NCBI GenBank assembly: GCA_000002445.1
Contig: CP000071.1
Coordinates: forward strand, 352,001 to 416,000
Length of the DNA stretch: 64,000 nucleotides
Reading direction: 5' to 3'
Source of the DNA: Trypanosoma brucei
Taxonomy: Eukaryota
A program made the translations under genes and the position numbers. The notes beneath the pieces were generated by a model. The model did not search any database and was not told where the DNA came from. It saw only the letters and a list, made by a program, of their open reading frames with translations. Of the stretch, positions 42,308 to 53,196 are shown piece after piece. The stretch's first letter is position 1. The number at the start of each line of letters is the position of its first letter.

Positions 42308-44719
42308 TCATGCACCGTGATGCCTTAGTAGTAGGCACATGAACAACAGCGTCGCACAAAACACAAGAACGCAGTCATCCCACTTCCACCCACCCGCGCT
42401 TTTGAGGGTTATTTCCGCATGTAACTCCCCTCGCAGTGCCAGTCCCTCCGTGGAAGCACCTTCAACATCCGCAACTCGCATAACATCGTCGTTGTACTTC
42501 GCGTTCGGCATCGGTAGCCGCAGCAAGCTGCTCAGTCCGTACGGCTGCCGGCAGAAATATAGCCACCACCACTGGAAGTTCAGTGACAGGCGTGCGAACC
42601 ACACCGCATAAAAGCCCAAGCCACCATCTACATCTCTAACGTGGTCGTAGAAACGTTTCGCCAAGTACAAACGCCTCTCTAGCATAATGAGAGGATCTGT
42701 TGCAAGTCCCTTGAGCTCTTGAGGGTCCACCGAGTCGTCGGGGTCAAGTGCCGTGTTGGTAATTATGCTCACAAACGCATCCCACACCCCCACAGGTTTA
42801 CGAATGTTGCCGCCCACACCAAGGCCCAACTGATACATGAAGCCCGCACTAAAGAGTGCCTCAGAGTGGCCGGAGCCCGCCGCCGCCTCGTAATGAAGCA
42901 GTGCCTTCGCCATATCTACACCAATGAAACGACTTTCACCATTGTAATAAAAATTTCCAAGCTGCAACTCAGAGTCGAAGTTGCCAGAGAGAGCGCTTAG
43001 TTGCAAAAGTCGTAACTTCAGCATATTGTATGCTTCCCTTTGCGAGAGGAGCATTTTTCGCTGGGTGTGGCCACCCCCTCTACCAATTTCTCTCATCGAC
43101 GGTGCGGAACCACGAGCTGTGCCTCGTTGTCGCCTTCCACTTGGATCACGGTACCACTGTAAGTACACCTTTCCTTTCACCTGTTGCTGAACCGCGCGCT
43201 CCGGTGGTCGACCGTCCTTTGCAAAGATGCCGTTGAGCAGCTGCCCTTCTTCCTCCTCTTCAATAATCTCGTCACTCAGCATCCGTACGGCTCGGCGCCT
43301 AGAGTCGGAGTGGCCGGTCTCAGCAAATGCAAGCCGCTCCAGCAACTGTACGAGTGTACTGTCAGTCGTGGGAGTGAAAGGGGTCTCTTCACCGCGTGGG
43401 AAGTACGGTCCATCACTATGCTCGTTAAACATGGAGCCGTGTGCCACCACGCGACTGTAAAGAAGCACAGCCTGCTGGCAGTCACCTTGCATTTGGGCGT
43501 GACGGGCGAGTTGCCAGAGCGAAAGGACACTTCCACGCAGCGCCGCAACCTTAAACAATCTAATCGCTACAGCAGGATCTTGTGGCACGCCGCGGCCGTG
43601 TAATTTCAAAACACCCAAATTGTACATAGCCTCCGTGTTTCCACGATTCGCACCCTTCCTGAAATACTTCGCCGCGGTTTTAAAATCCGGTTGACGTTTG
43701 GCGCCTGCATCCGTTACAGGTTTGTCGTTTTGGTAATAGCCAATCGCGTGCATGTACCCCATACCATTGAGCGAGGTTGGCTCACCCTTCACTGCTCCCT
43801 TTGAAAAATACGAAGCGGCAACGGCAAGATCCCGTGCAACACCCTGCTCCACAGCACGATCCCCAGTGGCATACAATTGACCGAGCGCACCATACGCAGC
43901 GTCGTCTCCCTTCTCCAATGCTCTAAGAAAGCAACTGCGGGCCCGAAGTCTATCGCGACGCTGTCCATTTCGTCCCTTAAGGTACATGTAGCCAAGCGCA
44001 ATAATTTTGTCAGTGGCGCCGCCATCTGCTCCATACATCAGCGCATGGACGGTCTCCTCATCGGTGGAAACGTGCCACTTACCTCCAAAAAGCATACGCA
44101 ACCGTGTTTCACCTATGGAACCAGGCAGCTCACCATACGTCATAGCCACCGCGTCCGCCGCCTCACGGAAATGTGAAACGGCCAGCTGGCAGTTGCGGGG
44201 AGCCCCAACACCGTCACGGTACCGGGAGCCAAGAGCCATGTGAGCCTCTGGAATGCTTTCAAGAGCTGCAAACTTGTAGTGCATAATCGCATGGGCATCC
44301 GACTGCGGCACTCCAACACCGCTTGCATACATGACCCCCAGCAACCAGTGCAAGCGTCCGTGCCCCATCGCCGCGCCTTTCTTGATCCATGTCAGCGCCT
44401 CCGTGAGATTGCTTTCGTCGTAAAGGGCCCGAAGGGCACGGTGGTATATTTTGGAGAGTTCCACACGACTTGCTGGACGTGATGCGTACATGGCGAGGTC
44501 AAAAGTTAAATACGTTCCATTAACGGGTTCAATACCTTCCACAGTTTGCTTTGGGTCCGTATCACCCTCCGCCGTGAGGGGTGGCTCAGAAAATTCAGTT
44601 AATGAGGAAACGTCGGAGGCGCAGGTACAAAATAGCAGCACCAACAACGCTACCAGCGGATCACACCGTATCCAGCGTCTGACGACCCGTGAAGACAAAT
44701 CACGCAATGGGCGTCGCAT
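42308..44719 (-). CDS. Sel1-repeat protein (SEL1L/Hrd3-like) with N-terminal signal peptide and C-terminal transmembrane anchor
   Basis: The track start at 45031 is TTG, and the first ATG is at 44719 (MRRPLRDL...). That ATG is followed by a hydrophobic signal-like segment, LVALLVLLFCTCASDVSS. Multiple Sel1-type repeats are present (GYMYLKGRNG, LGVLKLHGRGVPQDPAVAIRLFKVAALRG, MGYMHAIGYYQND). A C-terminal TM reads VLVFCATLLFMCLLL. Confidence 0.7.
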   Translation of the reverse strand: MRRPLRDLSSRVVRRWIRCDPLVALLVLLFCTCASDVSSLTEFSEPPLTAEGDTDPKQTVEGIEPVNGTYLTFDLAMYASRPASRVELSKIYHRALRALYDESNLTEALTWIKKGAAMGHGRLHWLLGVMYASGVGVPQSDAHAIMHYKFAALESIPEAHMALGSRYRDGVGAPRNCQLAVSHFREAADAVAMTYGELPGSIGETRLRMLFGGKWHVSTDEETVHALMYGADGGATDKIIALGYMYLKGRNGQRRDRLRARSCFLRALEKGDDAAYGALGQLYATGDRAVEQGVARDLAVAASYFSKGAVKGEPTSLNGMGYMHAIGYYQNDKPVTDAGAKRQPDFKTAAKYFRKGANRGNTEAMYNLGVLKLHGRGVPQDPAVAIRLFKVAALRGSVLSLWQLARHAQMQGDCQQAVLLYSRVVAHGSMFNEHSDGPYFPRGEETPFTPTTDSTLVQLLERLAFAETGHSDSRRRAVRMLSDEIIEEEEEGQLLNGIFAKDGRPPERAVQQQVKGKVYLQWYRDPSGRRQRGTARGSAPSMREIGRGGGHTQRKMLLSQREAYNMLKLRLLQLSALSGNFDSELQLGNFYYNGESRFIGVDMAKALLHYEAAAGSGHSEALFSAGFMYQLGLGVGGNIRKPVGVWDAFVSIITNTALDPDDSVDPQELKGLATDPLIMLERRLYLAKRFYDHVRDVDGGLGFYAVWFARLSLNFQWWWLYFCRQPYGLSSLLRLPMPNAKYNDDVMRVADVEGASTEGLALRGELHAEITLKSAGGWKWDDCVLVFCATLLFMCLLLRHHGA

Positions 44720-45387
44720 GGCATAGAGTGATAAAAAAAAAAATTGCAAATCAGGGATAACACAAACAATGCTTTCAAATGCCTGTGGGTCCGTCCTTCT
44801 CCTGGAAATATAACGAGTAACGATGTCTCCCTGTTTTTTTTGGGGGGGGAACAAGAAATCTAGAGAGGTTGAAATAGCGAGATGAAGGCCGTGTTCTCGC
44901 ACTTTTCTTCGTAAAACTTGAAGTTGATAGAGGCAAAGGGAACGGAAGAAAAGATAGACGAAAACCAAAAAAAGAGTTAACGAAAAAGTGTCAAAGGAGC
45001 CTAGACGCTGCAAAAGCCGCGAGTGATTCAAACAAAGTTATGGAGAGGTCGACATCACCACTCCCCCATCCCCTCCTAATCTCCTTGGGAAGGGGAGTAG
45101 AAAGCGAAAACTGTATAGGTGACGAAGCACGTTCCCTGTAGAAATCACGGTACTCACCACCCATTAGCCCATCCATCACCTTCTCATCTACCTCATTCCT
45201 CTGAAGTAGTTAACCGACATTAATCATTACCGCCTGTCGTTACCTAGTCCCCACACATCACATTTCCGGGAATATGCCTGTTTCCACGCAAAACCTGTGC
45301 ACACTATTCTCCACAGTAAGACTCGTCCATTGCTAAGCAGTCCAGTTGCCTAAGCACGCCCTATCAGTTTGCCGTCCAGCAGCACCT

Positions 45388-48300
45388 TCAAAAGAGCGCC
45401 TCCACAGCGGCAGTTTCAGATCGGTCGGCCAGCGTGCACGCCAGTGAAATGCAGACCCTCTTCCCCTCGCCGGATACTGACAGCATTTTATGCACGTCGT
45501 CACGACCAACTGGTAAGCGGATTCTTATTTTTCCCGATGAACGCATGTCCGCCTCGTTACTCTCCACAATACCAAAGCAGGTGATGGGAAATCCATCCGG
45601 CAAATCCACAAGAGAACGGCAATTTGGGTAGTGAAATGCTTGAGCATCGCAGTTAGTCAACGACTCTGTTTTATGGGAAACCGCCACACCCTGAGCAGGT
45701 GAAGAAGAAATAACTCTTATGGAGAAGGCTACGACACTGTGCGCCAACGCAGCACAGACAAAGTCAACCGTTAGATCAGAGGCGTCCGCCACATCCGTAA
45801 ACACCAACGACTCAAAATGACTCAACTCCCCTGTAAACAACGTCGTCGTTCGCCGCCCGCCCACTATGATTGGTTCCTCCCCCTTGTAAAGTTCCGAAAC
45901 TTGTTGCTTCACATGTCTCAACCTAGTGGCTTCGTAATACTCAAAGATAGGCGCCAAGTATCGCCCCCACATACCCCTACGAATTGCGGACGCCTTTGGC
46001 TGCATGCTTTTCCGTAACAATCCTTCGTCCCTAACCACCTGAACGGTGTGAACCGTACCACTCCACTTGGGCAATGAAGAAGACTTTGTTGCCTCAGCCG
46101 AGGTGCTGCTGCGCTTCGGCCGAAAATCATGAGCATGTGGAAGGAGACCAAGGATTCTACTACTCGGCAGGCTGTCCGCGCCGGCAGCACCGCAGGCAAT
46201 GCCGTCTTGCTTGTGCACAAGAAACCTCTTATTCACGACACTGGCATTGAGGCCTTTGATAGGATCCACTAACTCCGTGGCAAATCGTGCCCACTGCTCC
46301 TCCTGCCTCTTTGCAAGGTGAATGATGTGTGTGGGTTGCAGCCGCCGCACCGCCTCAACAGTCATGCGTCTTCCGGTGCTTAAGACCCAACCATGTGTAT
46401 TAACGATGATAGGGTACCGCTTCCGCAACTGTTCGGCGACGCCGCAAATACGCGTCAGCGCTGTAGCGCCAGCGACCGGACAGCGAAGCCGCGTACCACC
46501 AACGTAATACCCCCTCACAAAATCAACACCATCACTTTCGTGGGGTGCTAGAAGGGGTTTGCTAACACAATAGAGCGACAGAACACCAGGTGGTCCAAAC
46601 TCCGGCTGCCCGATGTCGAGCTCAAGCCAATAACAAACACCGTGCTGTGATAGAAGCGCGTTCGCGAGAAAACGACAAAGTGTTGACTTACCGATACCCT
46701 TCGATCCAAGAACGACGACAGCTCCTGAACCGTGCCTCACTACAGCCGGCACCACATCAGGAAGCAGCGCTGCGTCAACGCCCGGAACAGGTTGTCGAGC
46801 GAGAAAGAGTGGGACTTCAACAAATGAATCAGAGTGAAGTTTCCCCCTGTGCCTACCTCCTCCATTTTCCCGCTTGCTAGAACTTGTGTCTCTTGGCACA
46901 AGATAGCGGCGCCGAGTTGGTGCCTTCTCGTGGGATTTGTAGGGCTGAACAACGAGCACAACACAGGAGTTATCGGCAGCATGACGGCCTTCTTGCACTC
47001 TTGCGACGCTCGCCTCGACCCAATCCCAGTCAACTGTGCCGAACATTTCTAAGTCATCTGCTTCACAATCCCTTTCGGAAGCAGTATCACCAGCTGCTGT
47101 CGGCTCTCCGATGCCCATAAACCGACAAAAAGACGCTGACGCTGGTGGGGCAACCACAACGCAGTCATCGGCCGCCGGCAGATGCAGCTGCCGCTTAGGA
47201 ACCGGTAGCGACTCCGATGCAGCACTTTTGCTCTTGAGAGGCCGTACGGGCATCACGACAACCTTTTGTGAATCACTCAGAAGAGTAATATGCTTCCTAC
47301 CCAAGAAGAAGCCCCCCACGGTGATCTCGCCGATCCCAAACCCGATGATACAACATGGTCCTTGAACAGTTATAGAGTTCCTCACGTGCAGAAGTGTGTG
47401 GTGACACGGTGCAGCAGCAGCCCGATTAATATGCATCTCAAACAGCACTCCACCGTAGCGCTGGCAGCGGCCTGTGGATACGGCAGCCCCAGCGGCAGTT
47501 TCATTACCAACGCCAATTTCTGTGCCCTCATCTGCAATGTGCTGGTTCCCTGGAGATCGTGCACCTTCCTGCAGGCGCCGCTGCTGTTGGAAACCAAAGC
47601 CCCGCTTCACCGACATAACTTTTACCGTTCCCCCGTTCGCCTCAGCACAACAGTCGCCGAAATTGACCCCTGAATCGGCAATCTTCCTTTCCTCTTCGGA
47701 TTCTTCGGATTCTTCGTATTCCTCGGATTCTTCAGTCTCTTCATCAAGAAGACCACTCACAGGTGGAAGATCCTCGCTATCGTACCCGGAGAAGTGCCGG
47801 TCGATATTCCGTATCTCTCTCGCGGCAGATGCGCTGCGCCCAACAGCATTACCGGTGAGAGTACGGCAACCTTCATCATCAAACGATGACGTCTCGGAGG
47901 GGTTTGAATCGCTGCTGTCACTTCCCACGGAACCAAAACGAATGACGTCTCCGCCGTCGGCAAACAAACCAAGCGGTCCGCTTGTGCTGGTCATATTCTT
48001 CACATTGCGCTGCGCACGCCGTAACTGCTGTCGTTGCTCCGCTGTGTGACGTGGGAGTCGGCCCACCGAAATCAAAGGTTTTTTGACTCCACTGAAGTCC
48101 CGTTCATCAGCAACCTCTGTGCAATACTTGAGTGCGGAAAACTTTCGCCGCCTGATCACGTCAGTGGCATCGTCCCCCACAGCAGGGTTCTGCTGCTCGG
48201 CAACGTTATCCCTCGCCAGCGCGGCCTGAGCCTCAATGCGGGCAAGCGCCTTGTCCGGTATCTTAAAGCGTTTTAACGGCGGCCCCACATCCGCTTCGTC

Positions 48301-48492
48301 ACCGACGTCACGTCTGTCGCCTTTTCCTTCGTGTTGGTTTCCCAAGTCTGCTGCTATGGCGTCGGCAGAAACACTCCAAGAGCATATATTAACAGCTGGA
48401 AAATCGGTGCCATCGCGGGCCTTTTTTTCTTCCCCCTCCCCAACATCAACCTCCGTGATGCCTGCTGTTAACGGTTGTCGCCTTCGTCGCAT
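45388..48492 (-). CDS. Clp1/Grc3/NOL9-family polynucleotide 5'-kinase-like protein with a long acidic N-terminal extension
   Basis: The 1034-aa product has a verified ATG. The P-loop is VVVLGSKGIGKSTLCRFLAN. Downstream is IIVNTHGWV, which is the NTxGW motif typical of Clp1/Grc3. The N-terminal roughly 450 aa are D/E/S-rich low complexity (EETEESEEYEESEESEEE). Confidence 0.55.
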   Translation of the reverse strand: MRRRRQPLTAGITEVDVGEGEEKKARDGTDFPAVNICSWSVSADAIAADLGNQHEGKGDRRDVGDEADVGPPLKRFKIPDKALARIEAQAALARDNVAEQQNPAVGDDATDVIRRRKFSALKYCTEVADERDFSGVKKPLISVGRLPRHTAEQRQQLRRAQRNVKNMTSTSGPLGLFADGGDVIRFGSVGSDSSDSNPSETSSFDDEGCRTLTGNAVGRSASAAREIRNIDRHFSGYDSEDLPPVSGLLDEETEESEEYEESEESEEERKIADSGVNFGDCCAEANGGTVKVMSVKRGFGFQQQRRLQEGARSPGNQHIADEGTEIGVGNETAAGAAVSTGRCQRYGGVLFEMHINRAAAAPCHHTLLHVRNSITVQGPCCIIGFGIGEITVGGFFLGRKHITLLSDSQKVVVMPVRPLKSKSAASESLPVPKRQLHLPAADDCVVVAPPASASFCRFMGIGEPTAAGDTASERDCEADDLEMFGTVDWDWVEASVARVQEGRHAADNSCVVLVVQPYKSHEKAPTRRRYLVPRDTSSSKRENGGGRHRGKLHSDSFVEVPLFLARQPVPGVDAALLPDVVPAVVRHGSGAVVVLGSKGIGKSTLCRFLANALLSQHGVCYWLELDIGQPEFGPPGVLSLYCVSKPLLAPHESDGVDFVRGYYVGGTRLRCPVAGATALTRICGVAEQLRKRYPIIVNTHGWVLSTGRRMTVEAVRRLQPTHIIHLAKRQEEQWARFATELVDPIKGLNASVVNKRFLVHKQDGIACGAAGADSLPSSRILGLLPHAHDFRPKRSSTSAEATKSSSLPKWSGTVHTVQVVRDEGLLRKSMQPKASAIRRGMWGRYLAPIFEYYEATRLRHVKQQVSELYKGEEPIIVGGRRTTTLFTGELSHFESLVFTDVADASDLTVDFVCAALAHSVVAFSIRVISSSPAQGVAVSHKTESLTNCDAQAFHYPNCRSLVDLPDGFPITCFGIVESNEADMRSSGKIRIRLPVGRDDVHKMLSVSGEGKRVCISLACTLADRSETAAVEALF

Positions 48493-49509
48493 ATGACAAA
48501 CTGCGTGGGGGCTGCGGGTCCTTTGAAAAGTAGATTACGAAGGTAAAGCAAAAAATTGAAGAAAGATGAAGAACAAAGTGCCAGCCACCTGTTGCGTAGT
48601 GCATCACGGGCTGATTTGCATCCCTCTCCTGCGTGAAGCGAGCAAATCATATGCATGAAAAGGGTTCACATCGGCATGTTTATTTGCAAATGTATGTGGA
48701 CGTGACTTTCTCACCTCTCCCCCATTGAAGAGGCTATACGATCGCAGGGGTCTGAGGGCGGGGGGAAAGCGAGGGTGAAAAGATCCTAAACGATCTCATT
48801 CAACTCCACCAATATTCCTAGAAAAACCAAACCGAATACGACAAAAGTGCCATGTTCACCTCCGATCGTTCACTATTTTTTTTCATATTCCGTCCCCAAT
48901 AGCCCCCCCCCACTGCCCACAAGCTTCCACTACCTTCACAATTATCTTAGCTTCCCGTGCTTGTTATTCGCGTTAAACTTTTTACCATTTATTATTGTAC
49001 TTCCTCAGTTCGGACTAGCGTCTGCGCCACTCTCAGGGAGGTTTAAGTATATAAAGGGTGAACAAAAAGAGGCAAGCGAAGAGGAGGCCGCTTCCCCGTC
49101 TAATAACCTCGCCGGTGCGGCCTTCACTGGCACAACCCACCTGGTTTTCTCCATCCATACTCGCCGCCCTTAGCAACGCCTTTTCAGTCCTCCTTTTTCC
49201 AATAGGCCGCTCGCCGCCTTCATTTGGAATGTACGCCACCCTACGCTAGTTCGTAAAGGGGTATCTTCACTCTCTGTATGCACTTCAACTACCAGAAGTG
49301 AAGCCCCCATGGAGCTTTCATACGGGTACTTCACACAACATGCCGGCGCTGGCCCACCGTCACCTTTTGATTGAGTTATCACCGTGTCTCTTCCCCTTCA
49401 ACAATGGAAGCGAATCAAATAAGAAAGTAGCAGGGGAAGCACACGGTGGTACCCTTCCCCCTCTACACGCTTCTCGTGTCTTTCGCCTGAAGTTTGACAG
49501 TGCGTAGCG

Positions 49510-50970
49510 CTACTCCTCAGCAGACCCCTTTGATTCAGCGAAGGTTACTCGCTTTCCACCACTTTGCCTTCCCTTTGCACCACACCTTCCATCCGACTTC
49601 CCGCCAGCTGCCACCGCAGTCGCGACAGCAGTTCTCTCAGCTCGTGCAATCAACTGGCGCTTTTGCTCCTCAAGTACGCGGGCAAAAGAGTCCCGTGTCT
49701 TCTTTGATTGTGTTTCCCGTCGGTTTTGGCGGTTTACCATCCGTTGAAGCATCCGCTGTTGTGTTGCTTTGGCTTGCGCAACGCGCTCTCTCAGCGTTGC
49801 TTTGGCGGCCCTTCCCGCTGCTTTTGCCAGCTCGAGAGCCTTCTTCTGCTCCTCTTCAAGAGCACTGTCAGGTCCCTTCCGCTTCTTCTTCACGATGTTA
49901 TTGTTACTGATTTGCTCTTCCCGCTGCGATGGCCGCTGCTGCTGCAACTTACCAGCCTTCTGCAGAGGACTGGTCTCAACTACTTCACGTGCCCTCTTTG
50001 TACACCTCCCCTCCCTATTGCGTGCGCCCTCCGCCTTCCCCTTCTCTCCAGCTGTCTCATCGGCTCCGTCATCTTCCACGTCCTCTGCTTGTTGTCGGAC
50101 TTCTCGCTTTTTTCCACCAGAGACTCGAAGGGCATTATTCTCATCAATCTTTCGTCTCTTGTCATCCCCATCCGCATCCTTTAGCTCACCGTTGCCAAGC
50201 AACGCTCTCCTGCTCCGTACCTTCAGTTCTCCATCTTCACCCATACGAAACCGTAGTGTCTTTTGCTTTTGTATGGACTCCAACATCGCATCCCGCTCCT
50301 GTCGAAGAGATGATGGTATTTCACCAACAATAGGGAGAACGCACCGAAGGACACCACAATCAAACTCATACTCTGCCTGCGCCGGGTCTACGCATATTCC
50401 CTCTGGCATGGGAAGCACAAGACGATACTTCTTGGTGTGCTTACAGGTGTCCACAACAAGGGCCGTAGCGGTCGTCCCACTCACGTCAATATGCTGCGGT
50501 GGCACGTGATGAAGGGCTACACCCACAAGAAACTGCTTTCTTTTGTGATGCACCTCCACGCTATGTGCTGGCTCCTCCACGCGGGATGAAGAAGATAGCA
50601 ACGGCTTCTGCCGACTTACGGCGGCGGCATTAGAAAGTTGGCTAGAGGTGATAGCAGTGTCCCGCTTCGCCCCGCCGTTCTCTGGGGCCGCGGCGCCACT
50701 CTCAATCCGTGTGTCACTGAGCAAACGCTGCCGGACTTCTGCAGCCTCCTCTGGGAGAATAATGGCACCCTGACGTTTCACTGAGTGGCCACCAGTAACC
50801 GGCTTGGATGAAATGTTCTCTCTGTCAGTACCATCCGTCTGTTGCCTCTTCTTCCCCTTCAGCTTCAGCCGCCGCTCCTTTGCAGCAACCTCTTTACGAG
50901 CCGTGCGCGCCTGCTTGGCAATTTTGCGTAGCTCCGCCTCCTCCTTCTTAGCCTTTGATGTGACGGCCAT
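49510..50970 (-). CDS. Hypothetical K/E/R-rich protein with a central CS/PIH1-like beta-sandwich motif
   Basis: The track start at 51198 is an ATG, but the first 76 codons look non-coding. The in-frame ATG at 50970 (MAVTSKAKKEEAELRK...) is preceded on the minus strand by a polypyrimidine tract (tcttccccttttcattcc) and AG. The segment YRLVLPMPEGICVDPAQAEYEFDCGVLRCVLPI resembles CS/PIH1-C domains. The charged K/E/R-rich flanks are typical of nucleolar proteins. Confidence 0.4.
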   Translation of the reverse strand: MAVTSKAKKEEAELRKIAKQARTARKEVAAKERRLKLKGKKRQQTDGTDRENISSKPVTGGHSVKRQGAIILPEEAAEVRQRLLSDTRIESGAAAPENGGAKRDTAITSSQLSNAAAVSRQKPLLSSSSRVEEPAHSVEVHHKRKQFLVGVALHHVPPQHIDVSGTTATALVVDTCKHTKKYRLVLPMPEGICVDPAQAEYEFDCGVLRCVLPIVGEIPSSLRQERDAMLESIQKQKTLRFRMGEDGELKVRSRRALLGNGELKDADGDDKRRKIDENNALRVSGGKKREVRQQAEDVEDDGADETAGEKGKAEGARNREGRCTKRAREVVETSPLQKAGKLQQQRPSQREEQISNNNIVKKKRKGPDSALEEEQKKALELAKAAGRAAKATLRERVAQAKATQQRMLQRMVNRQNRRETQSKKTRDSFARVLEEQKRQLIARAERTAVATAVAAGGKSDGRCGAKGRQSGGKRVTFAESKGSAEE

Positions 50971-53196
50971 TTCCGGTACACCGCTACGTCTTCCCTTGAG
51001 TTCAACTTCGGAATGAAAAGGGGAAGATATCTCTAACATCAGATATAATAGAACGAACAACAATTTACCGTGCAAACCTTTACAGTCGGTTAGTGAAATG
51101 TTTGAGCAACGTGGTAGTACACTCAAATGGAATACAAGGGCAACGGTGGGTCCAAAAGGGAAGAAAAATGAAAGTTCACTGTCGCATTCTAAAACCATTA
51201 ACTTGAACCACCCAAATCTCTCTCCACTTCAGGAGTCGGACTGCGGCTATGCTGCCGACATTCTCACTTGCGCTCACATGAATGCGTATCGAGTGGTAAG
51301 AAAATGCAGACGCGTTAACGGCCGGAGTAAGCAACAAGAACAACCAACTGCGTCCATGTGTGTATGCAAATGAAAAGAGAGGAGGAAAAAAAAAAAGCAA
51401 AGTGAGAAGCAATTGACGGTAATGATGATCGCACAGCGGCGAAGGAAATATATACTTTCATACATACATATACAAGGTGACTCTGCTCGAAACCGACAGC
51501 CGAGTCAAAGAGGCACCAAAAGGGTCCCCACAACATGCACACGAAGGCAAATACAGTGAGAAGAAAAAAGAAAGAAAGAAAGTATGGAACGCAAAGCAGC
51601 TGCCGTCGGGCCGACAAGGATAGGAAGGGGAAAGATGGAAGCAAAAGAAAGCAAGATGCAAAAAAACAAAGGGAGTATCATATGTTTATTCATTCCCTTA
51701 CACTTTCTCTCTTTTAGATATCTTTCCCAAACGTTCCTACGTTTCCCCCAACCTTCAACGTCGTTGTTTTCGTTTCTGTTGCTTTCATTTCTGTTTTGTG
51801 TGTGTCTGTGTGTTACATGGGTTCCACAATCTCACACGTTGAACCAACAACGCAGTGAAAGTCTAAAAGAAGGCAGTTTTAAACCCATGTACTTTCTCTC
51901 TACACTCTGTCATAAAAGTCAGAATACTCCCTTTATGTGAGCGGAGCAAAAAAAAAAAAGAGAAAAGGGTTAGAGGGGCACATAGAACCACTTAGTTTCT
52001 GAATAAACAATAACCGATCCCAGAAACGAGCAGCAACCAAAACAAAAACAGGAGGGTCCGGTGTGGAAAAGGGAGTGGGCACGGCTTCACATACAAATAT
52101 ACATCAAAACATATACCAACACATCATATACAGCGCATGGTCGACTGTCTGTCCTCGATGTCCAAAGAAACGACAGCCACCAACAATGTTAAAGAAAATT
52201 AACGTTTAGTTCGATCACCACGCCACGTGCACACATACATATCCCTTTCCACTCCCCTCCTCCGTTACTTCCTTTTTTTTTCTCCCTTCCGTTGTCTCCA
52301 CGAGTACTTAACAGGAACACCAACACTAAGCCTCCAGGGGGTGATTCGTCCTCTCCAAACGCACACACAATGAAATTGCCTCTTCCGAGTTAATCAGGAC
52401 AAAAAGAGGTGATCAAGTTAAAGAAGAAGCAATAATTACAAAAAAAAAAAAGAGAAGACAGTAAAATAACTAAAGGAAAAAAGGAATGAACGGAAGTTAG
52501 CAAGTCGCTAATCACAGCACATCCCCATACCTCACCGTTGTCAGGAGTACACTAACGCGCTTCACCGAAGGGTCGATATTTCGTTAGCAAACTCTTCTGC
52601 TAAAGCTTTCTCCTTAACCAAAACACTATTTTGTTCTTTTCGAGTGGCTCAGAGGGAAAATGGCGACGAAGCACCTCAAAATGAAACTACACAAACAAAA
52701 AAGTGCAGCACACAAAAAAAAAAAAGAAAGAAAGAAAGAAAGAAAGGGGAAAAGGCACACCCGTCCAGATAGAGTGAGAATTATCCTCCGTACTCAACGT
52801 TCACCACCCTGTCACTCCTCTTTCTTACACCACATCACCAACAGTACCAACATCCAATATTACAGCTACGGAATTTTACAAATCGCACTTTCTTGTCTAA
52901 AGTTTTCTTGACTTTTCTTTTCCTGCCTTTCCTCTTTCTTTGCTTTCTTTTTTTTTTAAAAAAAATCACTCTGCTTGTCTTCCCAAAACCTCCCAGTCTA
53001 TCACCCCTTCCCCTCTCCACAACCGCAAGAGTCAAAAATACTGCACTTGACAAACGGAGAGCCATAGAATGAGCCAAACGTGAAAAGAAGCAAAGTGCAA
53101 AAAAAAAAAAGAAAAGTGACGGAGAGCGAGTAAAAAAGAAGGAAATAAAGAAAACCACAGACAAAGTGAAGGTGGCGGGCCGTCACCAGGAAAAAA

